Assembly (NCBI GenBank): GCA_012295275.1
Contig: CM022674.1
Span: 12,896,001 to 12,960,000, forward strand
Source: Chrysomallon squamiferum
Lineage: Eukaryota; Animalia; Mollusca
Direction of reading: 5' to 3'
DNA: 64,000 bases
The notes below the pieces were generated by a model that saw only the letters and a program-made list of their open reading frames with translations, was not told the origin of the DNA and ran no database searches. Below are positions 12,839-28,022 of the stretch, piece after piece; positions within the stretch are counted from its first letter, which is position 1, and the number at the start of each line of letters is the position of its first letter. A program made the position numbers and the translations under genes.

Positions 12839-14988
12839 AAAACACAATTCAAGACCGATAACTCTCGACAGGTAATCTAAGTTACTTTCGCATTTGGAGC
12901 TCGCAAATGTAACACTTGATTTGTTTGGGTTTTTTTTTTTTTTTTTTAGATATACAAAATACACTCGAACGACAATAATCGAGCAGAATATGTTTATTAA
13001 TGTTTTTAACTATAAACAAAACTCTTCAAGAGCTTTCATTTTCCAAAATGTTTGTGAATAACAATGCTTGGAGCGGTTTTGAGGGAGTTCACTGTCTGAG
13101 TACAGTGTTTTTTTATACGAAGAATCATTATTCAAACCCTGTCTCTGGAGATTACGTTCAAAGTTAGCACGATCTACAGTCAGGTCGTACGACTTTGTTC
13201 CGGATCCCAAGAGCTAAGAAGGGCCCCACAGCAATCATGCATTAACTGAATGTGTGTGCTACTTTATGTTATTTCTGATCATGGAAATAAATAATGTATG
13301 AGTTTACATGTAACTTTTCTGTCGGCTATAGAAATGTATTCACTAGTGTATTGATAGTATTTTATAGCAGATCGATTTCTGAGCAAATAATCAAATTATT
13401 ATTATTATTATTAGTTGTAGTAGTATTATTAGTAGTAGTTGTAGTAGTAGTAGTAGTAGTAGTAGTTGTTGTTGTAGTAGTAGTAGTAGTAGAAGCAGTA
13501 GTAGTAGTAGTAGTTGTACTGGTATTAGTATTACATTTATCGGAAGGACATCATGACGTAGTGGAAAAATCCTAAGGACAATGACGTCACATGCGATCTT
13601 CCAGAGTAACCATCGTTCACACAGTTTTATTTGGTAAGTTATCTTTCAATTTCAATTTTCTTGTCTCTTTTGGGTTTTGTCACACAGCCTTTTAAATTTA
13701 AATGAAACGACAGAAAAAGTTCTTAAATACTTATTATCAACAGATGCCTAATGCACAGGTTTCGTGTTCATTTCTTTGAAGACAGAGCACTGACTGAGAT
13801 TTCCTTTTTTCTTCAGAAGAAAATGGTTGAAATAAGAAAAAATCTCAAACATTATCTTCGATTCTTAAAAAATCAAATAAAATTCAGTTGGTGGTTCATA
13901 CAAACGATATCATTAATATATTACATTAGCGAGTACGTTAAAATAATTTGCTTCTTCATTTTCCTCGATTTCATTTTTATAGTTTCCTATTATTATTATT
14001 ATTATTATTATTATTAGAAAATATATATTCACGAACGATGGGGCCAAAACCTAATATTTATTGCGAACAAGTTGTCAGCAGACGAGATGATGATACTACA
14101 ACTACTGCCAGTACTGAAGAAATTTTGGTATCCTTGTGGTAGATAGATTTAAAAAAATCAAATAACTGTGTTGATTAAAAACAATTTCAAGAGATAAAAC
14201 GACAAAACAATCAGATAACACTGTTTATTTGGAAATTCTGAAAAAACTTCAGTTGATATAAAATGTCAGTTTCTGTGATTTCATTGCTACTGGGGATGAA
14301 ACAGATCAAAAATCAAACCTGAAACTGTGGCCAACGTCTGTGTCGATGTAAGCCTGCAACCGTCGTCTAGGAAAGCGTGTGACAACCGTAACATAATACA
14401 ATAATTTCAAAGCTTTCGCCTGAAATGTACGTCAGTGATTGTTACAACGAACATTTCAGCCCAGGCTGGGGGACGAGAACCCTGCTTTGAACCAGCCCGT
14501 CTGAAAAAGAAAAAAAAAGAAATATATATTAAAATAATTGTACTGTGTGTGTGTGTGTGTGTGTCTGTGTGTGTTTGTGTCTGTGTCTGGATGGATGGAT
14601 GGATGGATGGATGGATGGATGGATGGATGGATGGATGGATGGAAGGATGGAAGGATGGATGGATGGATGGAAGGATGGATGGATGGATGACTGCAACGTT
14701 ACAGTGTTTGACTTCTACTTCAGCGAAAACGTTATGTCACTTTTCGGTAAACACAAAAATCGTTGTGATCCAATGAAAATGTGAAATTATAATATTTGAC
14801 AGAGATAAAACAGACAGAGTTCTTTAAAAGTGAAATATAACGTATAACGTGTGTAGGTATATAAAAATATATATACATAGATACATACATCCATAAATAC
14901 AAACATATGTAGATATGTATGTACATATGTATATATACATACTGACACACATGCATATATAGATATACACATACACACGCACACATAT

Positions 14989-15020
<32 letters not shown>

Positions 15021-16330
15021 TATACAGATATACACACAAACATATATGTATATAATTATATACATCCTCAAAGAAAGAAAGAAACATTATTTATATACAA
15101 ACAAGTACACATGAATACTGCCCCCTTCAAAAATACGTTAACAAAGACTCATAAGCTTAAACATGTAAAATAGTAGACTTTCATAATAATTACGATTGTA
15201 GTAGTTTGTTGTAGTTGTAGTAATAATAATAATAATGTAGTAGCTTTGTCAGCAACAGTTGTTGTAGTAGTAGTAATAGAAGTAATTGTAATAATAGTAG
15301 TAGTCGTAATAATAGCAGTAGTACTTCTAGTAGTAGTATCAGTAATGGTAGCAGTAGTAGTAATAGAATTAAGCATTAGTAATGATAATGTTTTAATAGT
15401 TTAAACGGTTAATTTTATGAACAAGGAAATATCGACTATGAAGATGCTAAATACATGCTAAGACGAAATGTTGTTATGTAAAACATGCTGGATTAGGATT
15501 TAACTTCATTACGGCTTCCAGAGTTATTTCCCTTCCGTTTTAAAACCGAACTTTTTTTCTTCTATTCTTTTATTTCATTTGACTAATATTTTAGTTTATT
15601 TGACTGATATTTACTAATAGACAAATAGATAGGTAGATAGATAAATAAATAAATAAAATTTATATAAAACAAAATAAAATAAAATAAATTAAAAATTGGG
15701 TTAAAGTTACATACTGAATAAAATTCTAAATCTGAAAGATGTATCTGTCTGTCTGCGGATCAAATGAATAAATGAATGAATGAATGAAAATATGAATAAG
15801 GACATAAATAATTAAATATATAATAAGGAAGTAAATGTTCTAATTAATAAACATATGTAAATTAGTACAAAAAAAAAAAAATAATAATAATAGTAAATAA
15901 TAAATAAATTAATATAAAATGTTTTAAACGTTACTAAATATTTTCCCGAAAACTTCCGAGAACTAACGAATACCTAGATTCTCTTAAATATTGGAAAACG
16001 AATGCCCACTGGTTTTTGTCACTTTAATTGAAATTACAGAAACTCGAATGACTTGGGAAATCTATTTATTTCAGATTTACCTTTGTTTTATAGACACAGG
16101 TAAATTAATTAGTCTTTGCCTTTGATCTGCCATGGATATATTGAAACTAGATTAGAAACTGTTCTAATTATTTACTTTGTTAGTTTAGTTCGATGGAAGC
16201 TGAATTTCATTAACCCAGTTTAAATTTGAAGAAGAATATAAATTAGAAATAAAATGAATGAATGAATGAATGAATAAAAATAGGCGTACAGAAATAATGC
16301 TACAAGTACTGCTACTACTACTACTACTCT

Positions 16331-16407
<77 letters not shown>

Positions 16408-17823
16408 TCACTACCACTGCTGCTACTACTAATTGTACTGCTCTTATTAGTCATACTGCAATTATAATTACTACTACTACTTTTACTACTATTACGACAA
16501 CAGCAACTATAACTGTGCTGCTGTTACTTGTACACCTTTGCTGTTAGTATCCTTAATATTACTAAATTACTACTACTACTGTTACACCTACTGCTGCTAC
16601 TACTACTATTAGTACTACTGCTACTACTGTTACAACTACTACTACTACTATTACTACTACTGCTGCTACTACTACTATTACTACTACTACTGCTACTACT
16701 AATACTGCAACTACTACTACTGTTGCTTCTGCTGCTGATGATGATGTTTTTTGTACTACGACTCCAACTACTATTATTACATTGCTACTTCTACTACTAC
16801 TACTATTACTAATACTACTATTGTACTAGTAGCAGTAGTAATAACAATAATAGTAATAAATATAACAACAGCAACAATAATAATAATAATCGTATTTATA
16901 ATTCTTTCATTAAAATCAACCAGTAATACCTGGCTGTAGTAAAATATTATGAGCAATGACAATATGTTTGTGGAAACGAAGCTCAATCCTGCGAAAATTA
17001 CATTATTGTCTTCATCTGTTTGTTATACCTGAAAAACAATAAATGAACAGAACAAACGGAATTGATTTATTAATAACAAATATTTAATTCGTAACGGGAA
17101 GATAAATACAGTGTAATAAAAATGATTATGGTATGTCTTATTCACACATGTGTTTTGTGGTTACCAAAAGCAAGAAAAACCAATTAAAATGGACGGAAGT
17201 ATGTTAAAATGTAATTCTGGTGAGTTTGCAAGTTACAATAGCTGATATTCAGTACAAAATCAATTTAATTATTCTTTTCTGTATTTTTTTTTATTATTTT
17301 TTTTTTTTTCATTTTTTAATTCGAATTATTTTTATTTATTTATTTATTGTTTTGTTATTGTTTATTTGTTTATTTGTTTGTTTATTTCTAGTTGTTATTT
17401 CTTTGTTATTACTCGTTGTTTTGTTTTTGTTATGTGTTAAAAAAGTTATTTGAATATATACATTATCTTTATCGATACGTACCATATCAAACTAACATTG
17501 AAACATGAAATCTCTGTCTTTTTCTCTTTCTCTAAATAATACAAAATAATGAAATAAAATAAAATAAAATAATATAAAATAAAATAAACACATAAATAAC
17601 ATGTAGAAGGATAGGAAAAAAAAATATTTTTCATTAATTTAACAATCAGGTATCGCATTTGTTTACACATGTAATTGAAGAAGTAGGAATTGTTCTAAAA
17701 TCATGCAGGACAACGGAGTATAAAAATCAATAACAAAACAAACACTATTACAAGAACACACGTACAAATGTCAGTTAGCTCGCCAGCGCCGACTAAACAG
17801 GCAGAAAGTTTTTCGACGTAAAA

Positions 17824-18984
17824 ATGAAGAATCTCGTAATACTGTGGATTCTGTTTGTAACTTCTCAAGGACTCGACAAAAACAGAACGTTACAATTACG
17901 TCACATGCTGCTGGATAAATATTCACGTGCCGTGCAGCCGACTTCCGGTAGTCAAAAACTTATTTTGAAATTGCGACTAATTCCACTTTCTGTTGTAGAA
18001 CTTGATCAAACGAAGCAGACGTTCACTGTTCTCGCACACGTGATTGTCACGTGGTTAGATCGAGAACTGGCATGGAACGGAAGTGAATTCTCCGATGTGA
18101 ATACTTTATCTGTGCAACTGGATGACGTTTGGTGGCCGAAGTATCAAATTACTAATTTGGTGGACCGAGTTACTGGGCAGTCTCTGTATACGTCTATCCT
18201 GCTAATCAAGAACGGACAGGTAATATACAGATCAAATGAATTGTTCAAAACTATTTGTACAGTTGACCTTACAAGGTATCCTTTCGACACGCAAGATTGT
18301 GCAATTATATTTTCGTCATCGTCGTTGGACTACGATTACAGCGATCTCAATTCCAGTCTGCTAGACACTCGTCACGATTACTTTACGGAAACTAACGAAT
18401 GGCTTTTGATAGATTTTTATTCCTTCACGAAAACTGCCGATATAAGCGGGATGTCTATGGTTGAGTTTCATTTCAAACTTCGGCGACATTCGGTTTACTA
18501 CGTACTCACGATCATACTGCCTGTAAGTCTTCTGTCAATTCTTGATTCTTTTGTGTTTCTGCTTCCTGTCGAGTCAGGAGAGAAGATGTCTTTCCTCATC
18601 TCGATAATGCTGTCCTTCGCCGTCTATCTCAACTTCATTAATGACGTCATGCCCAAGTCGAAACTGGTTTCCAAACTGGCTGCTTACCTCGTTCTCGCAC
18701 TCGCTCAAAGCGCCATTTCCATCATTATAACTATATGCACGTTAGATGTCTATCACCGTGGCAACCGTACTAGCTTCACCGACAAGAATAAAATAATTCC
18801 AACTCGTTCGTCTGCTGATGACAACTCAAAAGAAGAGAAGACAACTGCGGAATTTTGTGGAAAACACTTCGTGAAAACGACTCAAAATGTCGCTCGTGCT
18901 CCATCAGCGCTCAAACTGAATTTGATTCTGTTTTCTGTGTTTCTGATGTCTGCTTTGTTGAGCCCTTTGCTATTTTTAGTATGA
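17824..18984 (+). CDS. Atypical nAChR-like Cys-loop channel subunit, copy 2
   Basis: Intact 386-aa ORF with the same motifs as copy 1. Confidence 0.93.
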   Translation: MKNLVILWILFVTSQGLDKNRTLQLRHMLLDKYSRAVQPTSGSQKLILKLRLIPLSVVELDQTKQTFTVLAHVIVTWLDRELAWNGSEFSDVNTLSVQLDDVWWPKYQITNLVDRVTGQSLYTSILLIKNGQVIYRSNELFKTICTVDLTRYPFDTQDCAIIFSSSSLDYDYSDLNSSLLDTRHDYFTETNEWLLIDFYSFTKTADISGMSMVEFHFKLRRHSVYYVLTIILPVSLLSILDSFVFLLPVESGEKMSFLISIMLSFAVYLNFINDVMPKSKLVSKLAAYLVLALAQSAISIIITICTLDVYHRGNRTSFTDKNKIIPTRSSADDNSKEEKTTAEFCGKHFVKTTQNVARAPSALKLNLILFSVFLMSALLSPLLFLV

Positions 18985-20906
18985 AAAACACAATTCAAGA
19001 CCGACAACTCTCGAGAGGTAATCTAAGTTACTTTCGCATTTGGAGCTCGCAAATGTAACACTTGATTTTTTATTTTTTTTATTTTTATTTTTTTTTAGAT
19101 ATACAAAATACACTCGAACGACAATTATGGAGCAGAATATGTTTATTAACTATAAATAAAACTCTTCAAGAGCTTTCATTTTCGCTCAAAGTTAGCACGA
19201 TCTACAGTCAGGTCGTATGACTTTGTTCCGGATCCCAAGAGTTAAGAAGAGCCCCACAGCAATCATGCATTAACTGAATGTGTGTGCTACTTTGTTATTT
19301 CTGATCATGGAAATAAATAATTTATGAGTTTACATGTAACTTTTCTGTCGGCTATAGAAATGTATTCACTAGTGTATTGATAGTATTTTATAGTAGATCG
19401 ATTTCTGAGCAAATAATCAAATTATTATTATTATTATTAGTTGTAGTAGTAGTAGTAGTAGTTGTTGTAGTAGTAGTAGTAGTAGCAGCAGTAGTAGTAG
19501 TAGTAGTTGTACTGGTATTAGTATTACATTTATCGGAAGGACTTCATGACGTACTTGAAAAATCCGAAGGACAATGACGTCACATGCGATCTTCCAGAGT
19601 AACCATCGTTCACACATTTTTATTTGGTAAGTTATCTTTCAATTTCAGTTTTCTTGTCTCTTTTGGCTTTTGTCATATAACTTTTAAATTTAAATGAAAT
19701 GACAGAAAAACTTCTTAAATACTTATTATCACCAGATGCCTAATGCACAGGTTTCATGTTCATTTCTTTGAAGACAGAGCACTGACTGAGATTTCCTTTT
19801 TTCTTCAGAAGAAAATGGTTGAAATAAGAAAAAATCTCAAACATTATCTTCGATTCTTAAAAAATCAAATAAAATTCAGTTGGTGGTTTATACAAACGAT
19901 GTTATTAATATATTACATTAGCGAGTACGTTAAAATAATTTGCTTCTTCATTTTCCTCGATTTCATTTTTATAGCTTCCTATTATTATTATTATTATTAT
20001 TATTAGAAAATATATATTCACGAATGATGGGGCCAAAACCTCATATTTACTGCGAACAAGTTGTCAGGAGAGGAGATGAGGATAATCCAACTACTGCCAG
20101 TACTGAAGAAATTTTTGTATCCTTGTGGTAGATAGATTTAAAAAAATCAAATAACTGTGTTGATTAAAAACAATTTCAAGAGATAAAACGACAAAACAAT
20201 CAGATAACACAGTTTATTTGGAAATTCTGAAAAACTTCAGTTGATATAAAATGTCACAGTTCTGTGATTTCATTGGTACTGGGGATGAAACAGGTCAACA
20301 ACCAAAACCTGAAGCTGTGGCCACCGTTTGTGTCGATGCAGACCTGCAACCGTCGTCTAGGAAAGCGTGTAACAACCGTAACATAAAACAATAATTTCAA
20401 AGCTTTCGCCTGAAATGTACGTCAGTGATTGTTACGACGAACATTTCAGCCCAGGCTGGTGGACGAGAACCCTGCTTTGAACCAGCCCACCTGAAAAAAA
20501 AAAAAAGAAATATATATTAAAATAATTGTACTGTGTGTGTGTGTGTATTTGTGTCTGTGTCTGGATGGATGGATGGATGGATGGATGGATGGATGGATAG
20601 AACGTTACAGTGTTTGACTTCTACTTCAGCGAAAACGTTATGTCACTTTTGGGTAAACACAAAAATCTTTGTGATCCAATAAAAATGTGAAATTATAATA
20701 TTTGACAGAGATAAAACAGACAGAGTTCTTTAAAAGTGAAGTATAACGTATAACGTGTGTAGGTATATAACAATATTCATACATAGATACATACATCCAT
20801 AAATACAAACATATATATATATATATATATTTATATATACATATGTATATATATATACTTTCACACCTGCATATGTAGATATACAGATACACACACACAC
20901 ACATAT

Positions 20907-20944
<38 letters not shown>

Positions 20945-21540
20945 ATACAGATATACACACAAACATATATGTATATAATTATATACATCCTCAAAGAAAG
21001 AAAGAAACATTATTTATATACAAACAAGTACACATGAATACTGCCTCCTTCAAAAATACGTTAACAAAGACTCATAAGCTTAATCATGTAAAATAGTAGA
21101 CTTTCATAATAATTACGATTGTAGTAGTTTGTTGTAGTTGTAGTAATAATAATAATAATGTAGTAGCTTTGTCAGCAACAGTTGTTGTAGTAGTAGTAAT
21201 AGAAGTAATTGTAATAATAGTAGTAGTCGTAATAATAGCAGTAGTACTACTAGTAGTAGTATCAGTAATGGTAGCAGTAGTGGTAATAGAATTAAGCATT
21301 AGTAATGATAATGTTTTAATAGTTTAAACGGTTAGTTTTATGAACAAGGAAATATCTTCTATGGAGATGCTAAATACATGATTAGACGAAATGTTGTTAT
21401 GTGAAACATTTTGATTAGGATTTAAATTCAATACGGCTTCCAGAGTTATTTCCCCTCCGTTTTAAAACCGAACTTTTTTTCTTCTATTCTTTTATTTTAG
21501 TTTATTTTAGTTTATTTGACTAATATTTACTAATAGATCA

Positions 21541-21585
<45 letters not shown>

Positions 21586-24013
21586 AATAAATAAATAAAA
21601 TTTATATAAAACAAAATAAAATAAAATAAGATAAAAATTGGGTTAAAGTTACATACTGAATACAATTCTAAATCTGAAAGATGTATCTGTCTGTCTGCGG
21701 ATCAAATGAATAAATGAATGAATGAATGAATGAATGAATGAATGAAAATATGAATAAGGACATAAATAATTAAATATATAATAAGGAAGTAAATGTTCTA
21801 ATTAATAAACATATGTAAATTATTAAACTAATAATAATAATAGTAAATAATAAATAAATAAATATAAAATGTTTTAAACGTTACTAAATATTTCTCCGGA
21901 AACTTCCGAAAACTAACGAATGTCTAGATTCTTTTATTGTCTTCATCTGTTTGTTATACTTGAAAAACAATAAATGAACAGAACAAACGGAATTGATTTA
22001 TTAATAACAAATATTTAATTCATAACGAGAAGATAAATATAGCGTAATAAAAATGATTATGGGATGACTTATTCACACATGTGTTTTGTGGTTACCTAAA
22101 GCAAGAAAAATCAATTAAAAGAAAGCATGTGACAACCGTAACATAATACAATAATTTCAAAGCTTTCGCCTGAAATGTACGTCAGTGATTGTTACAACGA
22201 ACATTTCAGCCCAGGCTGGGGAACGAGAACCCTGCTTTGAACCAGCGCGTCTGAAAAAGAAAAAAAAGAAATATATATAAAAATAATTGTACTGTCTGTG
22301 TGTGTGTGTGTTTGTGTCTGTGTGTGTGGATGGATGGATGGATGGAACGTTACAGTGTTTGACTTCTACTTCAGCGCACGCTCTCAGCGAAAAGGTTATG
22401 GCACTTTTCGGTAAACACAAAAATCTTCGTGATCCTATAAAAATGTGAAATTATAATATTTGACAGAGATAAGACAGTCAGAGTTCTTTAAAAGTGAAGT
22501 ATAACGTATGACGTGTGTACGTATATAAAAATATACATACATAGATACATAAATCCATAAATACAAACATATATAGATAGGTTTGTACATATGTATATAT
22601 ACATACTTACACACATGCATATATAGATATACATATACACACACATACACACACACACATATATATATATATATATTCTTATACAGATATACACACAAAC
22701 ATATATGTATATAATTATATACATCCTCAAAGAAAGAAAGAAACATTATTTATATACAAACAAGTACACATGAATACTGCCCCCTTCAAAAATACGTTAA
22801 CAAAGACTCATAAGCTTAAACATGTAAAATAGTAGACTTTTATAATAATTACGATTGTAGTAGTTTGTTGTAGTTGTAGTAATAATAATAATAATGTAGT
22901 AGCTTTGCCAGCAACAGTTGTTGTAGTAGTAGTAATAGAAGCAATTGTAATAATAGTAGTAGTCGTAATAATAGCAGTAGTACTACGACTAGTAGTATCA
23001 GTAATGGTAGCAGTAGTAGTAATAGAATTAAGAATTAGTGTTGGTAGTAATAAAAATGTTTTAATGGTTTAAAACGGTTAGTTTTATGAACAAGGAAATA
23101 TCTTCTATGAAGATGCTAAATACATGATTAGACGAAATGTTGTTATGTGAAACATTTTGATTAGGATTTAAATTCAATACGGCTTCCAGAGTTATTTCCC
23201 CTCCGTTTTAAAACCGAACTTTTTTTCTTCTATTCTTTTATTTCATTTGACTAATATTTTAGTTTATTTGACTGATATTTACTAATAGACAAATAGATAG
23301 TTAGATAGATAAATAAATAAATAAAATTTATATAAAACAAATTAAAATAAAATAAATTAAAAATTTGGTTAAAGTTACATACTGAATAAAATTCTAAATC
23401 TGAAAGATGTATCTGTCTGTCTGCGGATCAAATGAATAAATGAATGAATGAATGAATGAAAATATGAATAAGGACATAAATAATAAAATAATAATAAGGA
23501 AGTAAATGTTCTAATTAATAAACATATGTAAATTAGTACAAAAAAAAAAAAATAATAATAATAATAATAGTAAATAATAAATAAATTAATATAAAATGTT
23601 TTAAACGTTACTAAATATTTTTCCGAAAACTTCCGAGAACTAACGAATACCTAGATTCTCTTAAATATTGGAAAAGGAACGCCCATAGCTTTGTCTCTTT
23701 AATTGAAATTACAGAAACTCGAATGACTTGGGAAATCTATTTATTTCAGATTTACCTTTGTTTTATAGACTCAGGTAAATTAATTAGTCTTTGCCTTTGA
23801 TCTGCCATGGATATATTGAAACTAGATTAGAAACTGTTTTAATTATTTACTTTGTTAGTTTAGTTCGATGGAAGCTGAATTTCATTAATCCGGTTTAAAT
23901 TTGAAGAAGAGTATAAATTAGAAATAAAATGAATGAATGAATGAATGAATGAATGAATAAAAATAGGCTTACAGAAATAATGCTACAACTACTGCTACTA
24001 CTACTACTACTCT

Positions 24014-24049
<36 letters not shown>

Positions 24050-24294
24050 TACTACTACTACTATCACTACAACTGCTGCTACTACTAATTGTACTGCTCT
24101 TATTAGTTATACTGCAATTAAAAATACTACTACTACTTTTACTACGATTACAACAACAGCAACTATAACTGTGCTGCTGTTACTTGTACACCTTTGCTGT
24201 TAGTATCCTTAATATTACTAAATTACTACTAATACTATTACTCCTACTGCTGCTACTACTACTATTACTACTACTATTATTACTACTACTACTG

Positions 24295-24330
<36 letters not shown>

Positions 24331-25449
24331 TTACTACTACTACTGCTACTACTAATACTGCAACTACTACTACTTTTGCTTCTGCTGATGATGATGATGT
24401 TTTTTGTACTACGACTCCAACTACTATTATTACATTACTACTTCTACTACTACTACTATTACTAATACTACTATTGTACTAGTATCAGTAGTAATAACAA
24501 TAATAGTAATAAATATAAGAACAACAACAACAACAATAATAATAATAATCGTATTTATAATTCTTTCATTAAAATCAACCAGTAATACCTGGCTGTAATA
24601 AAATATTATGAGCAATGACAATATGTTTGTGGAAACGAAACTCAATCCTGCGAAAATTACATTATTGTCTTCATCTGTTTGTTATACCTGAAAAACAATA
24701 AATGAACAGAACAAACGGAATTGATTTATTAATAACAAATATTTAATTCATAACGAGAAGATAAATATAGCGTAATAAAAATGATTATGGGATGACTTAT
24801 TCACACATGTGTTTTGTGGTTACCTAGAGCAAGAAAAATCAATTAAAATGGACGGAAGTATGTTAAAATGTAATTCTGGTGAGTTTGCAAGTTACAATAG
24901 CTGATATTCAGTACAAAATCAATTTAGTTATTCTTTTATGTTTTTTTTTTTTTTTTTTTTTTAATTCGAATTATTTTTATTTATTTATTTATTTATTGTT
25001 TTATTATTGTTTATTTGTTTGTTTATTTCTAGTCGTTACTCGTTTTTTTTTTTTTTTTTATGTCTTAAAAATGTTATTTGAATATATACATTATCTTTAT
25101 CGATACGTACCATATCAAACTAACATCGAAACATGAAATCTGTCTTTTTCTCTTTCTCTAAATAATACAAAATAATGAAATAAAAAAAAATAAAAATAAA
25201 ATAAAAAATAAACATATAAATAACATGTAGAAGGATAGGAAAATAAAATACAGTTTTCATTAATTTAACAATAAGGTATCGGATTTGTTTACACACGTAA
25301 TTGAAGAAGTAGGAATTGTTCTAAAATCATGCAGGACAGTTCAGTACAAAAATCAATAACAAAACAAACACTGTTACAAGAACACACGTACAAATGTCAG
25401 TTAGCTCGCGAGCGCCGACTAAACAGGCAGAAAGGTTTTCGACGTAAAA

Positions 25450-26612
25450 ATGAAGAATCTCGTAATACTGTGGATTCTGTTTGTAACTTCTCAAGGACTC
25501 GACAAAAACAGAACGTTACAATTACGTCACATGCTGTTGGATAACTATTCACGTGCCGTGCAGCCGACTTCCGGTAGTCAAAAACTTATTTTGAAATTGC
25601 GACTAATTCCACTTTCTATTGTAGAACTTGATCAAACGAAGCAGACGTTCACTGTTCTCGCACACGTGATTGTCACGTGGTTAGATCGAGAACTGGCATG
25701 GAACGGAAGTGAATTCTCCGATGTGAATACTTTATCTCTGGAACTGGATGACGTTTGGTGGCCGAAGTATCAAATTACTAATTCGGTTGACCGTGTTACT
25801 GGGCAGACTCTGTATTCGTCTATCCTGCTAATCAAGAACGGACAGGTAATCTACTTATCAACTGACGTGTTCAAAACTATTTGTACAGTTGACCTTACAA
25901 GGTATCCTTTCGACACGCAAGACTGTGCAATTATATTTTCGTCGTCGTCGTTGGACTACGATTACAGCGATCTCAATTCCAGTCTGCTAGACACTCGTCA
26001 CGATTACTTCACGGAAACTAACGAATGGCTTTTGATCGATTTTTATTCCTTCACGAAAACTGCCGATTTAAGCGGGATCCCTATGGTTGAGTTTCATTTC
26101 AAACTTCGGCGACATTCGGTTTACTACGTACTCACGATCATACTGCCTGTAAGTCTTCTGTCAATTCTTGATGCTTTTGTGTTTCTGCTTCCTGTCGAGT
26201 CAGGAGAGAAGATGTCTTTTCTCATCTCCATAATGCTGTCCTTCGCCGTCTATCTCAACTTCATTAATGACGTCATGCCCAAGTCGAAACAAGTTTCCAA
26301 ACTGGCTGCTTACCTCGTTCTCGCACTCGCTCAAAGCGCCATTTCCATCATTATAACTATATGCACGTTAGATGTCTATCACCGTGGCAACCGTAGTAGC
26401 TTCACCGACAAGAATAAAAAATAATTCCAACTCGTTCGTCTGCAGATGACAACACAAAAGAAGAGAAGACAACTGCGGAATTTTGTGGAAAACACTTCGT
26501 GAAAACGACTCAAAATGTCGCTCGTGCTCCATCAGCGCGCAAACTGAATTTGATTCTGTTTTCTGTGTTTCTGATGTCTGCTTTGTTAAGCCCTTTGCTA
26601 TTTTTAGTATGA
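25450..26612 (+). pseudogene. Cys-loop channel subunit, copy 3; +2 frameshift in the M3-M4 loop removes TM4
   Basis: A6 at 26416-26421 versus A4 in the other copies gives a stop at 26424; the normal C-terminus continues out of frame to 26612. The upstream TATA reads TACAAAAA. Confidence 0.7.
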
Positions 26613-27948
26613 AAAACATAATTCAAGACCGACAACTAATTCAAGACCGATAACTCTCGCATTTGGAGCTCTGAAATGGAATTCTTAAATTTTTTGAGAT
26701 ATACAAAGTACCCTCGAACGACAATTATCGACTAAAATATGGTTCTTGATGTTTTTAACTATAAACAATTCTCTTGAAGAGTATTCAATTTCGAATAAAA
26801 TCTTTGTCAAACATTAATAATTTTTAATAGAGAAAGTTTATAATTATGCTGGTAGCGGTTTTGAGGCATTTCACTGTTTTTTATTCAATCAGAGTACATT
26901 GATTTTTTATACGAAGAATCTTTATTGAAACCCTCCCTCTTGAGGATACGGTCAAAGTCAGAATGATCTACAGTCAGGTCCTATGACTTTGTTCTGAGGC
27001 CCAAGAACCAAGAAGGGCCTCACAGCAATCATGCATTAACTGAATACGTGAGTTACATTATGTTATTTCTGATCACGGAAATAAATAATTAAATAATAAT
27101 AAAGAAGTAAGTGTACTAATTAATAAACATATGTAAATTAGCACAAAACATTATTAATAATAAGCAATAAATAAATTAATATAAAATGTTTTAAAAGTTT
27201 CTAAATATTCCACCGGAAACTTCCGAAAACTAACGAATGCCGACAGGTTTTCCATTTTGATTTAAGTTATAGAAAATGGAATGACTTGGGATAATCTATT
27301 TATTTCAGATTTACCTTTGTTTTATAGACACAGGTAAATTTATTAGTCTTTGCCTTTGATCTGCCTTGGATATACTGAAACTAGATTAGAAACTGTTCTA
27401 ATTATTTACTTTTTAGTTTAGTTCGATGGAAGCTGAATTTCATTAACCCGGTTTAAATTTGAAGGAGAAAGTAAATTAGAAATAATGTGAATGAATGAAT
27501 AAATGAATGAATGAATGAATGGATAAAAATAGGCGTAGGTAAATCAGCGGTGATATTTTTAACACTGTTCAATAGTACTATTACTACAGAAATTCTACTA
27601 CTACTACTACTACTACTACTATTACTACTATCACTACTACTACTACTGCTGCTGTTACTAATTATACTGCTATTATTAGTCACGCTTCAATTATTATTAA
27701 TACTACTACTTTTACTATGACGACAACAGCAACTATAACTGTGCAGTTGTTACTTCTAACACTGTTGCTGTTAGTATTCTTAATATTACTACTACTAATA
27801 CAACTACTACTGCTACTACTACTACCACTGTTGCTTCTGCTGACGATGATGATGCTTTTTGTACTACTAATCCCACTACTATTATTACATTACTACTACT
27901 ATTACTAATGCTACTATAGTAGTAGTTGTATTAATAACAACAACTACC

Positions 27949-28022
<74 letters not shown>

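Noticed and set aside
12630-12845. Recurrent 71-aa antisense ORFs at both ends of the receptor genes
   Set aside because: They are shadows of the conserved sense CDS, repeated only because the gene is duplicated.
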